A stretch of DNA of 63,395 nucleotides, filler included, from Octopus bimaculoides (lineage: Eukaryota): the NCBI RefSeq assembly GCF_001194135.2. It is 6 parts of 6 records of this genome, joined end to end, with 100 filler letters (N's around TTAATTAATTAA, not from the genome) between each part and the next. Parts side by side here need not be neighbours in the genome. Positions count along the whole stretch, not along the records: positions 1 to 14,333 come from NC_068981.1; positions 14,434 to 28,730 come from NC_068994.1; 4 more parts are not named here. One strand, written 5' to 3'. This document shows positions 14,118 to 27,463 of this stretch, in pieces (position 1 is the first letter of the stretch; each line of letters starts with the position of its first letter). A program made the position numbers and the translations under genes. The notes under the pieces are model-generated. The model was not told the origin of the DNA. It did not search any database and saw nothing but the letters and a program-made list of their open reading frames with translations.

Positions 14118-14333
14118 CATATATATATATAGATAGATACATATAGATAGATAGTTAAGATAGATAGAGAGAGACAGAGAGACAGACAGACAGGATATAC
14201 GTGTGTAATTATATGTGCATGTATATGCATTATATGTATGTACGCAGAAAAAACATGATATATATGTATATATATATATAAACATAAACATGTATATATA
14301 TACCCATAAACATGGGTGCGTATATATATATAT

Positions 14334-14433
14334 NNNNNNNNNNNNNNNNNNNNNNNNNNNNNNNNNNNNNNNNNNNNTTAATTAATTAANNNNNNNNNNN
14401 NNNNNNNNNNNNNNNNNNNNNNNNNNNNNNNNN
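14334..14433. other. Assembly join spacer (44 N + TTAATTAATTAA + 44 N)
   Basis: Exactly 100 bp; the palindromic 12-mer has stop codons in all six frames. The same structure occurs five times. Confidence 0.95.
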
Positions 14434-14478
<45 letters not shown>

Positions 14479-15319
14479 ACGACATTGTCTAGCCAGTTGA
14501 CACTTATATCCATTATATTCTATGTAATCAACAATCAACGATCTAAACAGTCTGTCTATCCAATCATCATATTCAGACTGTGCCAGACTTGTCATCTTCT
14601 AAATGAGAGTTCCTCGGAAATAACTAATGGCGGCTAAGCCAAATAACCATATATTTACAGCTAACGACACAATCACCCCACTCCTAACTACTGCTACTTC
14701 AACACCAACAACAACAATATCAAAATCTGTTGATCATCTTGATCAACAGGAAAGATTTCACCGATACCGTGTTTTATATTTCGGTTTTTCGTTTTGGATT
14801 TAGCTGCTTTACATCCTTTGTTTTCTAAATTCCATTTATTGGTCTGCATTGTTTTGATAGTTAATGACGAAAACAACAAAGAAGAAAATCCAAAAATGCA
14901 GAAGAAAAAAAAGAAACGTCATGTCCGCCATAATTTCTAAATGCTTCATTTTCTAAATATATATTTTTTCTTCAAATTTTTCAGTTTTGTTTTTTTCTTT
15001 TAAAAAAAAATAACCAGGGATACTATAGATTATATGTAATTTTAAACTGTAGCCTTTATTCATATTTTATATATTTATATAGTTTTTCACAACACGTAAA
15101 AAAAGAGAATAAGATATCATTCGTTTACAACATTTATACGAGAAAATACGATATTTAAATACACAAGCTGGAAACGGATTCTTTTCGTTGTTTTATAGTT
15201 TTAACGCTTTTCTAGTTTTAGTATATATTTTCCTCTTATTGTTTGTACATTTTGTATTGTTACCGCTTGTTTCTTATTTATTTTTCCGGCTGTTGCTGCC
15301 GTTGTTTTGAGAATTACAT

Positions 15320-15336
15320 TTAACGTAATTTTTGTA

Positions 15337-15409
<73 letters not shown>

Positions 15410-15545
15410 GATTATTATTATTATCATTATTATTAGTATTATTATTATTATCATCATCATCTTCATCATCATCATCATGACCATCATCATCATCATCATC
15501 ATCATTAATGTTGCTGTTGTTGTTATCGTTGTTGTTGTTGTTGTT
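15320..15545. repeat. (ATT)n/(ATC)n/(GTT)n microsatellite
   Basis: Direct reading of the repeats. Confidence 0.95.
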
Positions 15546-15718
15546 TTCGGTGTTTTGTTATTATGGATTTGTTATTTTGCAGTTTGGTTAAAGGGTGATA
15601 TGATGTTTATTTCGACTCTAACGAGTTATTCAGTACAACCTGGTTTTCACAGATTCTCAGTAAAGAAAACAGTATGCCATGAAACAACGTTATGTATACA
15701 TAAATACATATATATATA

Positions 15719-15820
<102 letters not shown>

Positions 15821-16052
15821 ATATATATATATGTGTATATATATATGTGTGTGTGTGTATGTGTAGTATTCATGTTTGTGTGTCTTCATACACATGCATA
15901 TACATGCGTATTTATATACGTATATATGTGTACGTGAATGTGTATGTACATACTGTAGATAGATAAATAGATAGATACATACATACATACAGACAGACAG
16001 ACAGACAGACATACAGACATATAGACAGACAGACAGACAGACAGACAGATAC

Positions 16053-16104
<52 letters not shown>

Positions 16105-19100
16105 CAAAACAGGCAGACAGATAGACAACCTAACTGAACATTTAAAGCTAAAATGAACACGTTCAGATCTTTATTTATTTATTTTATTTTTGGTGAACTT
16201 TATTTTGTTTATTGTTATCATTCCCGACATCATTGTTATTTTGCTCTTCGTTTTTTTTTCTGTGCATATTTGTGTTGTTGCTGTTGTTATTGTCTCTTCC
16301 ATTGTTATTGCTATTTTCATTTGTGTTATCATTCTTACTGTTGAGTAGTCTGATGGTACTCTTGTTTATAATGCCGTTCTTAACGTTCTCTCTGGCACTG
16401 TCTTTATCGTATGTTGTGTTTTGCAATTTTGATAATAACAATAATAATAATTTTGATACTGTTCTTATTGGTTAGCCTTAGGTCATATACCGTAACGCGA
16501 ATCCATTTCTATTCATTCGTGTGTTGTCTCATGTGTTGAGGCCAATCCCAGTTGCTGATAATATGTAATATTTCTCAGCAATGCCCATTTCCCCCCAGTC
16601 TTTTCCGTTACTGCATTTTGTGAATATATTTTGCAAATACTCCATTTTATCAAGGTGTTTTTGATACTCCAACTTCACAATTATCGCCATGTATAACAAA
16701 AGAATAGGTGAATAATTATCCACACGTAACCATATAGAAACAATATATCCCTTAGCGTAGTGGAAACAGAAATACTTGAAAATTTGTATTGCAGTAGTCT
16801 CAGAATTTCCTTGGCGGAAATCAGACTTCTCATTACAGAATCCATTGCATAAACCTAAGGAATATCAGTCCTTATGAATAAGGAAAGCATAGACGAAGTT
16901 ATTAGGTATAAGCATATCATGAATAAGGATAAGATAGATTTATCCCATTTGTAACTATTAAAATATACCCTAATAGATGTAGCATATAACTTTCACATCA
17001 CATGACGCTTGTGGGTAAGGAAGATAACGTGCAAATCATTTCATATTCACGTGGGACAGAATCCAATTACTAAGACACATTTATATCGCTGAATGATAGC
17101 ATTGATTGAGAAATATTGAGTAGCAATAGGGGGATTCACTAGCTCTGTGGACACACACGCGCACACACACATACACACACACACTCAAGCTCACACGTGC
17201 ACGTATATATATATATATATATATATATATNNNNNNNNNNNNNNNNNNNNNNNNNNNNNNNNNNNNNNNNNNNNNNNNNNNNNNNNNNNNNNNNNNNNNN
17301 NNNNNNNNNNNNNNNNNNNNNNNNNNNNNNNNNNNNNNNNNNNNNNNNNNNNNNNNNNNNNNNNNNNNNNNNNNNNNNNNNNNNNNNNNNNNNNNNNNNN
17401 NNNNNNNNNNNNNNNNNNNNNNNNNNNNNNNNNNNNNNNNNNNNNNNNNNNNNNNNNNNNNNNNNNNNNNNNNNNNNNNNNNNNNNNNNNNNNNNNNNNN
17501 NNNNNNNNNNNNNNNNNNNNNNNNNNNNNNNNNNNNNNNNNNNNNNNNNNNNNNNNNNNNNNNNNNNNNNNNNNNNNNNNNNNNNNNNNNNNNNNNNNNN
17601 NNNNNNNNNNNNNNNNNNNNNNNNNNNNNNNNNNNNNNNNNNNNNNNNNNNNNNNNNNNNNNNNNNNNNNNNNNNNNNNNNNNNNNNNNNNNNNNNNNNN
17701 NNNNNNNNNNNNNNNNNNNNNNNNNNNNNNNNNNNNNNNNNNNNNNNNNNNNNNNNNNNNNNNNNNNNNNNNNNNNNNNNNNNNNNNNNNNNNNNNNNNN
17801 NNNNNNNNNNNNNNNNNNNNNNNNNNNNNNNNNNNNNNNNNNNNNNNNNNNNNNNNNNNNNNNNNNNNNNNNNNNNNNNNNNNNNNNNNNNNNNNNNATA
17901 TATATATATATATATATATATAGGGACAATTCACAAAAAAAACAACCGACGAAGACAGGTGGTGTAGAAAACAAATAGATGTATTAGTATAACAAACATA
18001 TATGTATACAAATAATCGTGGTCTATAGCAGCATCATCATCGTCAACATATTACTTCGATAGCATCATTATCATCGAACACATTAAGACCATTTAATATT
18101 GCCCTTACCTCTGCCACTACCAACTTCTGTTAAACATGCTCACTGCAACAGTTTCCATCCAATCAACGACAGCTACATAACATTCAACTATTCAGTTGTC
18201 AGCTGCCTCTGAATCTTGTAGCTAACTCTTTGCTATTGAAAGGGTCCAAATTCTTCAAATTTTGAAGATAAGTAAATTTATGTTGGATACTATTTCTTCA
18301 TTTTCTTTCCAAAATTGTTTTAAGTGCTCTTTTACCGCCTAAAACCTGATAACTCAGTGCTTTTAACGTCCAGTCTTCCGCAATTCGATGGTCGTCCCTG
18401 AAAAGTCCATCATTTTCGACCGATTTAAGAATCTCTGGTCTTCGAGACATCTTTTTAACTGGCTGTCTTTAGCAACGCTCACACTTTTGCAACTATCTAA
18501 GCCAGGTTTTTGGGTTGAAGTTACCGTTCTAACTAGTTCCATCGAGTCATTCTCAGAGGCTCTGTAAAGGTAAAGAGCAGTCTTTCTTCTCATTGGCTAC
18601 AAACAAAAGCAAGGACCAGGCAGGAACAAATTGTTGCAAACTTATTTTTAATTCTAGATTTACAAAATAATGTATTCTCTTGCTTAAAAAATATTTATAT
18701 CATCAATTTTATATAAACTTTCTCATCCCTTTACTAACATGTATTAGCTCTTCTCCATTTGTTAGAAAAGCGGTTCGTTCATTTATCACTTGATAATTGT
18801 ATATAATTTCATTCTTTTATGTTATTAAACATTCAAATAATTTTCAATATGTATGAGCAATTGTTATGATTCTGTTACCATTTCCGATCATGAGTCTGCT
18901 TTTGTTTATGCAATTCAAAATATATCAGCCGACAGCTTATCGTCTGCTTTTCGCCTGTTGAAAAATACAAGGACGTTTTTCTTTTTCTACTCTTCAAAGT
19001 TGTCTGCATTTTCTTTGCAATTGCTATTACTGTAAACTAATGAACTCTTTTTCTTTATCCCAGTGTCTTTGTCCAGTTAATGGATTCACAAACCTCTTGT

Positions 19101-19244
19101 GACAGAATTCAGAGAAGTGTATTTTAATTCTCGGATATAAAGCAAAGATTTTTCAGAAGATTATATGCTTTGATATCATTTAATACAGCTAAAATTTTGT
19201 TGACACACCACGCTACATGTGTCCCACGACATGCATATTATGTT

Positions 19245-19675
19245 AAGGTGGCGAGCTGGCAGAAACGTTAGCACGCCGGGCGAAATGCTTAGCGGTATTT
19301 CGTCTGCCGTTACGTTCTGAGTTCAAATTCCGCCGAGATTGACTTTGCCTTTCATCTTTTCGGGGTCGATAAATTAAGTACCAGTTACACACTGGGGTAG
19401 ATGTAATCGACTTAATCCCTTTGTCTGTCCTTGTTTGTCCCCTCTATGCTTATCCCCTTGTGGGCAATAAAGAAATAAGAGACGTTAGCACACCGGGCGA
19501 AATGCTTTGCGGTATTTCGTCTGTCTTTACGTTTTGAATTCAAATTCCGCCGAGGTCAACTTTGCCTTTCATCCTTTCGGAGTCGATAATGAAGTATCAG
19601 TTGCGTACTTTAGTCAATCTAATCGACTGGCCTCTTCGCCAGAAATTTTGGGTGCTGTGCCTAGAGTAGAAAAGG
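19245..19675 (+). mobile_element. SINE family B, one full copy (19245-19479) plus a tandem partial copy
   Basis: aggtggcgagctggcagaaacgttagc...gagttcaaattccgccgag (B box)...tttgcctttcatc(c/t)tttcgggtcgataaa core. The second copy restarts at agacgttagcac (19480). Confidence 0.88.
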
Positions 19676-20645
19676 ACATGTATATTAGGAGGAGGAGGAG
19701 GAGGAGGCTCATGATCAGCGATTTTAGGCAGAGATTTAAGTCGAAACATCGACACCAATTCTTGATTAGTACTTTTTTTATTACCGCCACCAACCACCAC
19801 CCCACCCCACCCCAAGAGACGCAAAATTCAAGTATACTTCGACGGTGTTTGAACTCTGCACAGAAACCAGATGGAAGAAATAGAGCAGAGCATATATTAT
19901 GCCGATGCTGTAACGATTCCATTTTCCAACTAACAGTAGTAACCAAGTCTCGATTTTATCAGGTTCACCGCGATGCAGTCTTGGCACAAGTAATAATAAT
20001 TGAATATGAAATATAATTCTGTTTCCTTTATTTGCTGTGATATTGTATATAACTATTTCATTCAGTATGTTGGTATGCGACAGAAACTATAAACTGCCGG
20101 ATTAAATGTTTTTCTTTTTCTCTAAATTTAATGTATCTCTCTATATTCTGATTCTATATTCTCCTATCACTGTCTTTCCTTATCGTATTTCTGTTACTGC
20201 TATTTTAAATAAATGATACAGTGAAGTATGTTACTCGATCTATCACCGAACATTTAGCTTTGCAAAAATTAATCAATTTTATATTTATTTATTAAAACAT
20301 CTTTTTTTTTTTAAAGATAATAATATTTTCAAAAAGTAAGTTTTGTGAGAATTGTTTACCAATGAGACTTGTAAACACAATCTACTTCAGTTTTCTTTTC
20401 TTTTCTTCTGTTCGCGTTCAAGTTGTTACATGATCGTGTATGCTTCTGATTGGAATCTCGTGGTTTGGTGGGCGCTGAAAGAACGTGGTTAAATGTTCAT
20501 ACGCTCATGTTGTTCTTCCCAAACAAATTCCAGCTTTGTTATAATACTTCCCCTGCACATTATATCTGGGGTTAAAGACGAAAAAATACATAAATCCCAC
20601 CATATAATATACCTAACATATGATTCGATATCGTTTATTTCTGTA

Positions 20646-21020
20646 GCGTAGGAGTGGCTGTGAGGTAAGTAGCTTGCTTACGAACCATATGGTTTCGGGT
20701 TCAGTCCCACTCCGTGGTACCTTGGGCAAGTGTCTTCTACTATAGCCTCAGGCCGACCAAAGCCTTGTGAGTGGGTTTGGTAGACGGAAACTGAAAGAAG
20801 CCCGTCGTATATATGTATATATATTTGTGTGTCTATGTCCCGCCAACATCGCTTAACAACCGATGCTGGTGTGTTTACGTCCCCGTAACTTAGCGGTTCG
20901 GCAAATGAGACCGATAGAATAAGTACTGGGCTTACAAAGAATAAGTCCTGGGGTCGATTTGCTCGACTAAAGGCGGTGCTTCAGCATGGCCACAGTCAAA
21001 TGACTGAAACAAGTAAAAGT
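20646..21020 (+). mobile_element. SINE family A, full copy
   Basis: gtaggagtggctgtgaggtaag...ggttcagtcccact...cttgggcaagtgtc...(TA)...aaatgactgaaacaagtaaaag; CpGs well retained. Confidence 0.9.
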
Positions 21021-21034
21021 GAGCCTATAAAGAG

Positions 21035-21268
21035 TAAAGGGTAAAGACCCCTTTTGCTCATGAATGACCATAGCATTGTACCTAGAAACTAACCCACCGA
21101 GACACAAGTCCCGGCAAGGTTGTTTATGGATTAGCGTTAAGGTTAGTACGCAGTCGGGTTAGGCTGGTATGCAGTCGCCCATGCATACCAACTTCCCCTC
21201 TGCACACCAACGATGTTATCCAAGGGAAAGGTAAAAGCCGATACAGCTTGGCACCAGTGACGTTGCAA
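21035..21268 (-). mobile_element. SINE family D/E body fragment
   Basis: cacaagtcccggcaaggttgttta...gatgttatccaagggaaaggtaaa..cgatacagcttggc is shared with 27199-27463. Confidence 0.75.
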
Positions 21269-22004
21269 CGGATGGAAGTCCTCCGCCCACGGGATCAACT
21301 GACTAGTATTTAAGCATCGAAATTCGATCTTAAGTCCTTCATCTCGGGATCATTAGCACCATTCAAAGTATGAAGTCATACACGTCTGACTTGCCTTACA
21401 GGAAAACTGGTATATTTTATTTGACGCTGAAATAAGTCAAATTTAGTTCAGATTTGCAAAATAGCAACCACAACAATACAATGTAGAGATTCAATAAAGA
21501 AAGTCTTTACAATTTACTGTACAGTGTACCAAAATATGTTACTAAACAGCTCCATAAGATTTTGTCATGCAGCTATATTCAGTAACCAAAATTGATATCT
21601 GACAAAACTTAATATATTGGCAGTCACAACTGTCAGAACTGCCTTCAGCTACGGAAACGATAGACAGTCTTATATGAAACGAGCAGCATTTCTTTGCCTT
21701 TAATGCAATGCACAAGCTGATTCTATCGCACAGTCAGCGAGACAGTCAGTGTCTGCAATAATGTGTGTTTTTTTTTAATGCCGGAGTGGTTGTTCCTAAA
21801 GCAAAAAAAAGCCTGTCTGTAATATCCTTCAACATATAACGTTTTCCTGCATTTATCACTTCTTTTACTCATGCCCTTCGCTTCTGGTTTGAGCTCTCCT
21901 TTCTTCTCTTCTATTGCAAAATACCTTCTTTTTAAGCTCTGCCTCAGTAAAATATCCCCCATCAGCACAATAATCCTTTCTCCGATAGGATAGTCACAAG
22001 GACT

Positions 22005-22185
22005 GAAATTTGGGGTAGGGGGCTAGTCGATTACATCGACCCCAGTGCATGAAGTATTTATCTCAACGACACCAAAAGGATGAAAGGCAAAGTCGATCTC
22101 GACTGAATTTAAACTCAGAATCTAAACCCAAAAAGAAATGCCGCTAAGCACTTTGTCCGGCGTGCTAATGATTCTACCAGCTAAT
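22005..22185 (-). mobile_element. SINE family B fragment
   Basis: Reverse complement of the family B core (aaaggatgaaaggcaaagtcgatctcgactgaatttaaactcagaa). Confidence 0.8.
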
Positions 22186-22964
22186 AATGAATATATAATG
22201 TCATATGTTTTGTTAAGAGAAGGATTTCGTTTGCCAGGTCTTGGTTTTGAATTGTAATCCATACTTTTTATATAGAGGTATTGAACCTACACAAGCTCAA
22301 TTTTACCTCAGAGAAGAGATGGTTCACACTAATTTGTACTTTGACATATCCATCATGGATAGTGTCCAATTCTTAGACACAACCTTAACAAGTTTTAGTC
22401 GACAAGATCGACTTCAGTTAATTCTAATAGAGTTCTGGGTTGTTGTTGATGGCTCTGATTTAGTGAGTGACAATGTATATAGTGAGAAGGATTTATAAGT
22501 CGGGAATCTTGCTGCTGCAGTAAACCTTGTTCCCTGCTTCTTTAGGTAGACTTATACGTTCACTATTCTCGTTTTACTTTGCAATGCAAATGGCCGGTGC
22601 ACAGCCTAAGACGATGAGAAGTTAATGGTTTTATGGACTTTGCGTTTTATTGTTACCAGGAGCACGCGCTCCGATGGCATAGCTCTAAGAGTCATTCCTG
22701 CAAACGAGTTACCTCGCTGCAACAAAGACTGAAACTTATGGTGGACGTTAATCACTGGGAATAAATATATTCGACAGTTTATACAATTGCTATTACATGA
22801 AGATTTAATGCAGATAATATACTTGTTGCTGAGCAAAATAATATATTTTTCTCAAGCGAATTAACAAAGAGAACGAAATGACTACAAAGGGGGATCTAAA
22901 CTAGATCGCAGAGACAATTAACTGCGTACTTCTATTTAGAATGTTTCTTTCATCCGTTATTATT

Positions 22965-23198
22965 TTTCACTCGTTTCAGTCATTGGACTGCGGCCATGCT
23001 GGGGCACAGCCAAGAAAGATTTAGCCGAATAAATCGACCTAATACTAGTTTTGTTAGTTCGGTATTTACTGTATCAGTTTGTTTTGCCGAAGCACCAGTT
23101 ATAGGAACGTAAACAAACCAACACTTTTGTCAAGCGGTCGGGAGGTCAAACAGGACACAAACATCCCCACTACACACACACATATATATATATATTCG

Positions 23199-23277
<79 letters not shown>

Positions 23278-23400
23278 TAGCCAAATTCACTCACAAAGTT
23301 CGAGGCTATACATCGAGATACCCAGCCTGCCGCACAGTGAGATTGAACCCAAAACCACGTGAGCGCAAAACGAGCTTCTTAACCACATTCCTATGTCTAC
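22965..23400 (-). mobile_element. SINE family A, diverged full copy
   Basis: Tail tttcagtcattggactgcggccatgctgg, internal (TA)n, then a diverged head. Confidence 0.8.
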
Positions 23401-23929
23401 ATCTTCGCTTGTGAATTTAAGAAAGCTGCCTTGAGTTATATAATAGAAACAGACTAAATAACTTAACAGATAACAACAATTCATTCTTAAACATGAATTG
23501 TTATCTAGCGATGAGAAGAGAAGATTGATACGTTACTAATGATGTCTAGATATGTTACTAGTTTAGGATAGATGTATACAATAGTATAACAGTAAATCAA
23601 GTGACTTGGCAAACAAGTACAGCTCCGAAATATACATTATAATTGTAAATAATGTATTCATCTATAAAATATAGATTTTCTTCATAAAGTTGTATGAAAT
23701 CATGTATAGCAATTCCAGTTAACAAAACTGGTTTGGAAATTGTGTTTCTTTCCTCCGCCTCCCCCTCTCTCTCTCTCTGTATCTCTCTCTATCTCTCTGT
23801 CTCTCTCATACGCTTTCTCTGTGTCTTTTCTTGACTAGAAACATGTCTTTGTTTATATTAAGGTCGAGGAAATATTTTCATACTGCGTTAGTGTAGACAA
23901 AAGGCAACCTACAATTCCAGAGTTAACGT

Positions 23930-24330
23930 CTGCGGAAATGTATGAAGGGTGAAAACTAGAATGTCTTGTGGTTTTGCAACAAAAATCTTTCTCTTCTGAC
24001 GTCATAACTGAACTATTTCACAAACTCCAAATGAAAAATCAAACGAAATTATAATTTACTAAATTTGTAATCAGCGAACCATCCCTACCCCCATCCTATC
24101 TTTACCTTTCACATTTTCGAAAAATATTGATTTTGATGACGTCATAAATGTTTTGTTCCCCCACATACACACACCTTCCACCCAATTTTCAAATACGTCT
24201 GAACGTTGATATCAATGAAATTAAATAAAATTTGTTTAAAGTTTTCAGTTAATTCATTTATTCGACCGATATCTTTGACGAAAAAAAAAATTATATATTA
24301 AATTGTGAGGTTTGTAATAGACAGACAACA
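23930..24330. mobile_element. Possible Helitron/HINE-like non-autonomous remnant
   Basis: Repeated gacgtcata motif and an end gatatctttgacg...gacagacaac resembling DINE-1/HINE-type 3' regions. Boundaries are unclear. Confidence 0.35.
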
Positions 24331-24470
24331 TGGAGTCTTATGGTTCGGGGTTAGTGTCAAATGAGGTATGAAATGATTCGAACCAGAATTTAAAGTGAAT
24401 GAAAGATACTAATCATTTCCGACAAAAAGGTATTCGAGCTTTTCTTTTTATTTATTAAAAATAAATAAAT

Positions 24471-24789
24471 GCGCCCTTTTAAAGCCTAACCAGGCTCATG
24501 AGCCCGGTTTCCCGGTTTCTATGGCGTATGTGTACTCCAGCTGGATGGGACGCGAGTCCATCGCAGCGCTGCTCATTTTTGCCAGCTGAGTGGACTGGAG
24601 CAACGTGAAATGAAGTATTTTGCTCAAGAACACAACACGTCGCCCGATCCAGGAATCGAAACCACAATCTTACAANNNNNNNNNNAGTATTTTGCTCAAG
24701 AACACAACACGTCGCCCGATCCAGGAATCGAAACCACAATCTTACAATCATGATGCTGACACCCTAACCACTAAGCCATGCGCCTCCAC
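24471..24789 (-). mobile_element. tRNA-headed SINE (family D)
   Basis: The minus strand reads gtggaggcgcatggcttagtggttagggtg...ggtttcgattcctgg (A and B boxes), then ttgagcaaaatacttcatttcacgttgctccagtccactcagctgg. Confidence 0.88.
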
Positions 24790-24918
24790 TCTTTTTATTT
24801 CTTATATTTTATTATTTGTTTATGTCTATCGTTGACACGTCCCATTCATTGGACTGCGGCCATGCTGGGGCTTTACCTTGACAGGATTTAATCGAAACTA
24901 TCGCTTCAGGTTTTAAAA

Positions 24919-25357
24919 TAGTGATTTTCAATCGGGATCCATATGGCACCTGAGAGTCCATATCTGATTTTTGGGGGTTCACGCAACAACATAGCAAATT
25001 AGGGATCCATAGTAATATTTTAAGCAACCTTGAAAAAATGTTTTGAAATCAGTGTCCATTGAAAGTCAGTGATCAGCTCTGACGATACCAGTATGACTTT
25101 GAATCTCTGTAATTATTAATTTTGAGTTAGTTCAGATGTATGCATTGGTATGTATTGCAAGAAACAACCAGGTTTCTTTCTCTAACGTTTTACAAAGTTC
25201 AACCTAAACGAATTAATGTGCGATAAACAAAACTGAAATTTTTAAAGAATTTTCTATAAAACAAGTTTTTAGACATCTAATGGCTATAGGAGTCCACCAG
25301 AATAAATTAGGAATCAAAGGGGTCCATGGATTTTTTTTAAATGGTTGAGAACCCCTG
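24919..25357. mobile_element. Old hAT-like MITE
   Basis: Degenerate TIRs tagtgattttcaatc and ggttgagaacccctg; flanks ttttaaaa and tttcagaa match 6 of 8 as a decayed 8-bp TSD. Confidence 0.55.
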
Positions 25358-25849
25358 TTTCAGAATGTTGCTCTAACACAATTCTGGGCTGTTGGTGGTG
25401 GTTTTATAATTTGTGAATCTTGCTGCTGCAGCACACCTTGTCCCTGAAATGATTGAAACGAATAAAGAAATAAAAGAATACTTCAAGGCGGTGCTCCAGC
25501 ATAGCCGCAGTCAAATGACTGAAACAAAGTAAAAACAATTAAATGAAAGAATATAAATCCCGTTTTTTTTTTCCATAAAATGTCTGCAGTAGATTTCAGA
25601 CCAGGAAATGCGTAGAAGCATGTGAATATTTCAAGCAGCAAGAAAAGTTATTTAGAATGCCAAGTTCTTAATAAAAAGAGTGAAAAAGTCTTTATTAATA
25701 TTGGTTTCAAATTTTGGCCGAAGACCAGTAATTTGGAGAGAGGGATTGGGGTCGATTACATCGACTCCAATGCTCAACTAGTAGATTATTTAGATTACTT
25801 GTCTAATTTAATAGCACCACCTGGAAGAGATACACGGTCAGCTCTTAGG

Positions 25850-26117
25850 CACCATAGCCCATTCGAGCAGAGAGTTATTGTTTCCAGAGACATATCCAGG
25901 GGTGGGTGGTTTGTCTGGTATTTGTTGGAGATAATAATCTAGGGACCGTTTGAATGCCGTAAAATTACTTTATTCCTTTATGTGGGCTGGCACGATGTTG
26001 AAGAGAGCAGGGCCAGTTGAGATGAAATAGTTCTGTCATAGTGTTGTGATACGACACGAACATGATTTCTGTAGTGGACAGATGGCAAAGGGGCCAAGCC
26101 TCGGATGAATTTTAAAG
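25850..26117 (-). mobile_element. CR1/L2-group LINE ORF2 C-terminal fragment
   Basis: One minus frame reads FKIHPRLGPFAICPLQKSCSCRITTL*QNYFISTGPALFNIVPAHIKE*SNFTAFKRSLDYYLQQIPDKPPTPGYVSGNNNSLLEW. This matches the GP.LFN.LP..I....FK..LD.FL..IPD.P...GY...NSL tail of CR1/L2-type RTs. Confidence 0.8.
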
Positions 26118-26293
26118 GGGTCTATCCATTCGACTAAACATTTTGTGCCCCAGCATGGTCGCAGTCTAATAATAGAAACAAGTAAAAGACAAAGAATAAA
26201 AGATTCTGCAAAGGTCGATAAAATCGATTAATCATCTTTCTCAAAATCTTTATTCCTTTTGCCTATAGCAGGAGGAAATTCAGAATGTCAAAT

Positions 26294-26524
26294 CTATTTA
26301 TAAAATGATCGGTAATCCTTCGTGTATGGGTATCTATTCATAAATACGTACGCCTTGACTCTTGACAACAGTTTAAAATGGATTCTCATGAAATCACAGC
26401 TGGAATTCTTCAAATACATGCGGTTTCCTCTATTATGATGACAGCTATTACAATGGAGGTGCTTATGGATATTCCACAGATATTTTGAAAATTGTAAGAT
26501 GATTTCAAGTTTGGAGACAACCAT
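26294..26524 (-). mobile_element. Penelope-like GIY-YIG C-terminal remnant
   Basis: The supplied ORF contains QFSKYLWNIHK (cf. LSKYIW.LK) and FKLLSRVKAY (cf. WKIL.RA.PY). Confidence 0.5.
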
Positions 26525-26695
26525 ATGTAATTTCTTTACAGTTTGTATTTTTCTATGTTTCTGAGATGAGGAATTTCATATCATGTATTAGTCGAATGGT
26601 GTTCATATCTTGATTGTTGCTTTCACAACGTTGCAGCTGTGAACGTTCCAGAATTCTTCAGGTGTATTGTGGTACATCTTAGTGACACTGACTAC

Positions 26696-26860
26696 GGGGC
26701 ATGACATAGCGGATAAAGGCGCTGGTTAATGCAGTGCAGTCACTCAGAGGTTCTGAGTTCAAATCTAGGCAAGGCACTAAAGTGAGTAGCAATACGCCTC
26801 AAGAAGACTGGGGCGAACGCAGCCGAAACATAATGGAAATAACAATCAAAACCAGGACAG
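26696..26860 (+). mobile_element. tRNA-headed SINE-like element followed by a hammerhead-like motif
   Basis: Head ggggcatgacatagcggataaagg (A-box-like)...gagttcaaatc (B box), then CTCAAGA-A-GACTG-gggcgaacg-CAGCC-GAAAC at 26798-26829. Confidence 0.5.
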
Positions 26861-27198
26861 CACTCCGATGAATTCATGTTTCGTATTACGCTTGAAATAT
26901 TTGTTTGTCTTTAGAACTCCCTTCGGTCACGAATGACCATGGGATTGCACCTTTGGATGAATATACAGCATGTATTTGTTCAGGAAAATATAGGAGCTAC
27001 ATTGGGATCTTATAACAGAGGGCCAAGTGTCAAGGCGCAATTTGAAGAAAATGCTATGATTGCGAACTAGCAGAGTCATTAGCACTCCGGACAAAATGGT
27101 CAGCGGAATTTCTTATGTTTATTTATGATCTGAGTAAATATCGGCTCTGCGGTCAGAAGCTTGCTTCCAAACCACATGGCTGGAGATTCAGTCGCACA

Positions 27199-27463
27199 GA
27201 GGCACAAGTCCCGGCAAGGTTGTTTAAGGAAGACCAGCAATCACCCAATCATACCAGCCTCCCCTCTTCATACCACTGATGTTATCCAAGGGAAAGGTAA
27301 AGGTCGATACAGCTTGGCATCTGTGACGACGCAACTCATTTCTACAGCTGATGTAACTGGAGCAACGTGAAATAAAGTGTCTTGCTCAAGAACACAACAC
27401 GCAGCCTAGACCAGGTATCGAACTTGCGACATCATGATTGTGAGCCCAATGCTCTAATCACTA
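27199..27463 (-). mobile_element. SINE family D/E, head plus body
   Basis: cttgctcaagaacacaacacgcagcc...gtatcgaac...gctctaatcact (reversed tRNA head); the body is shared with 21035-21268. Confidence 0.8.

Noticed and set aside
24614-24747. 62-bp perfect tandem duplication inside a SINE
   Set aside because: The identical copies flank a 10-N gap, typical of an unmerged contig overlap.
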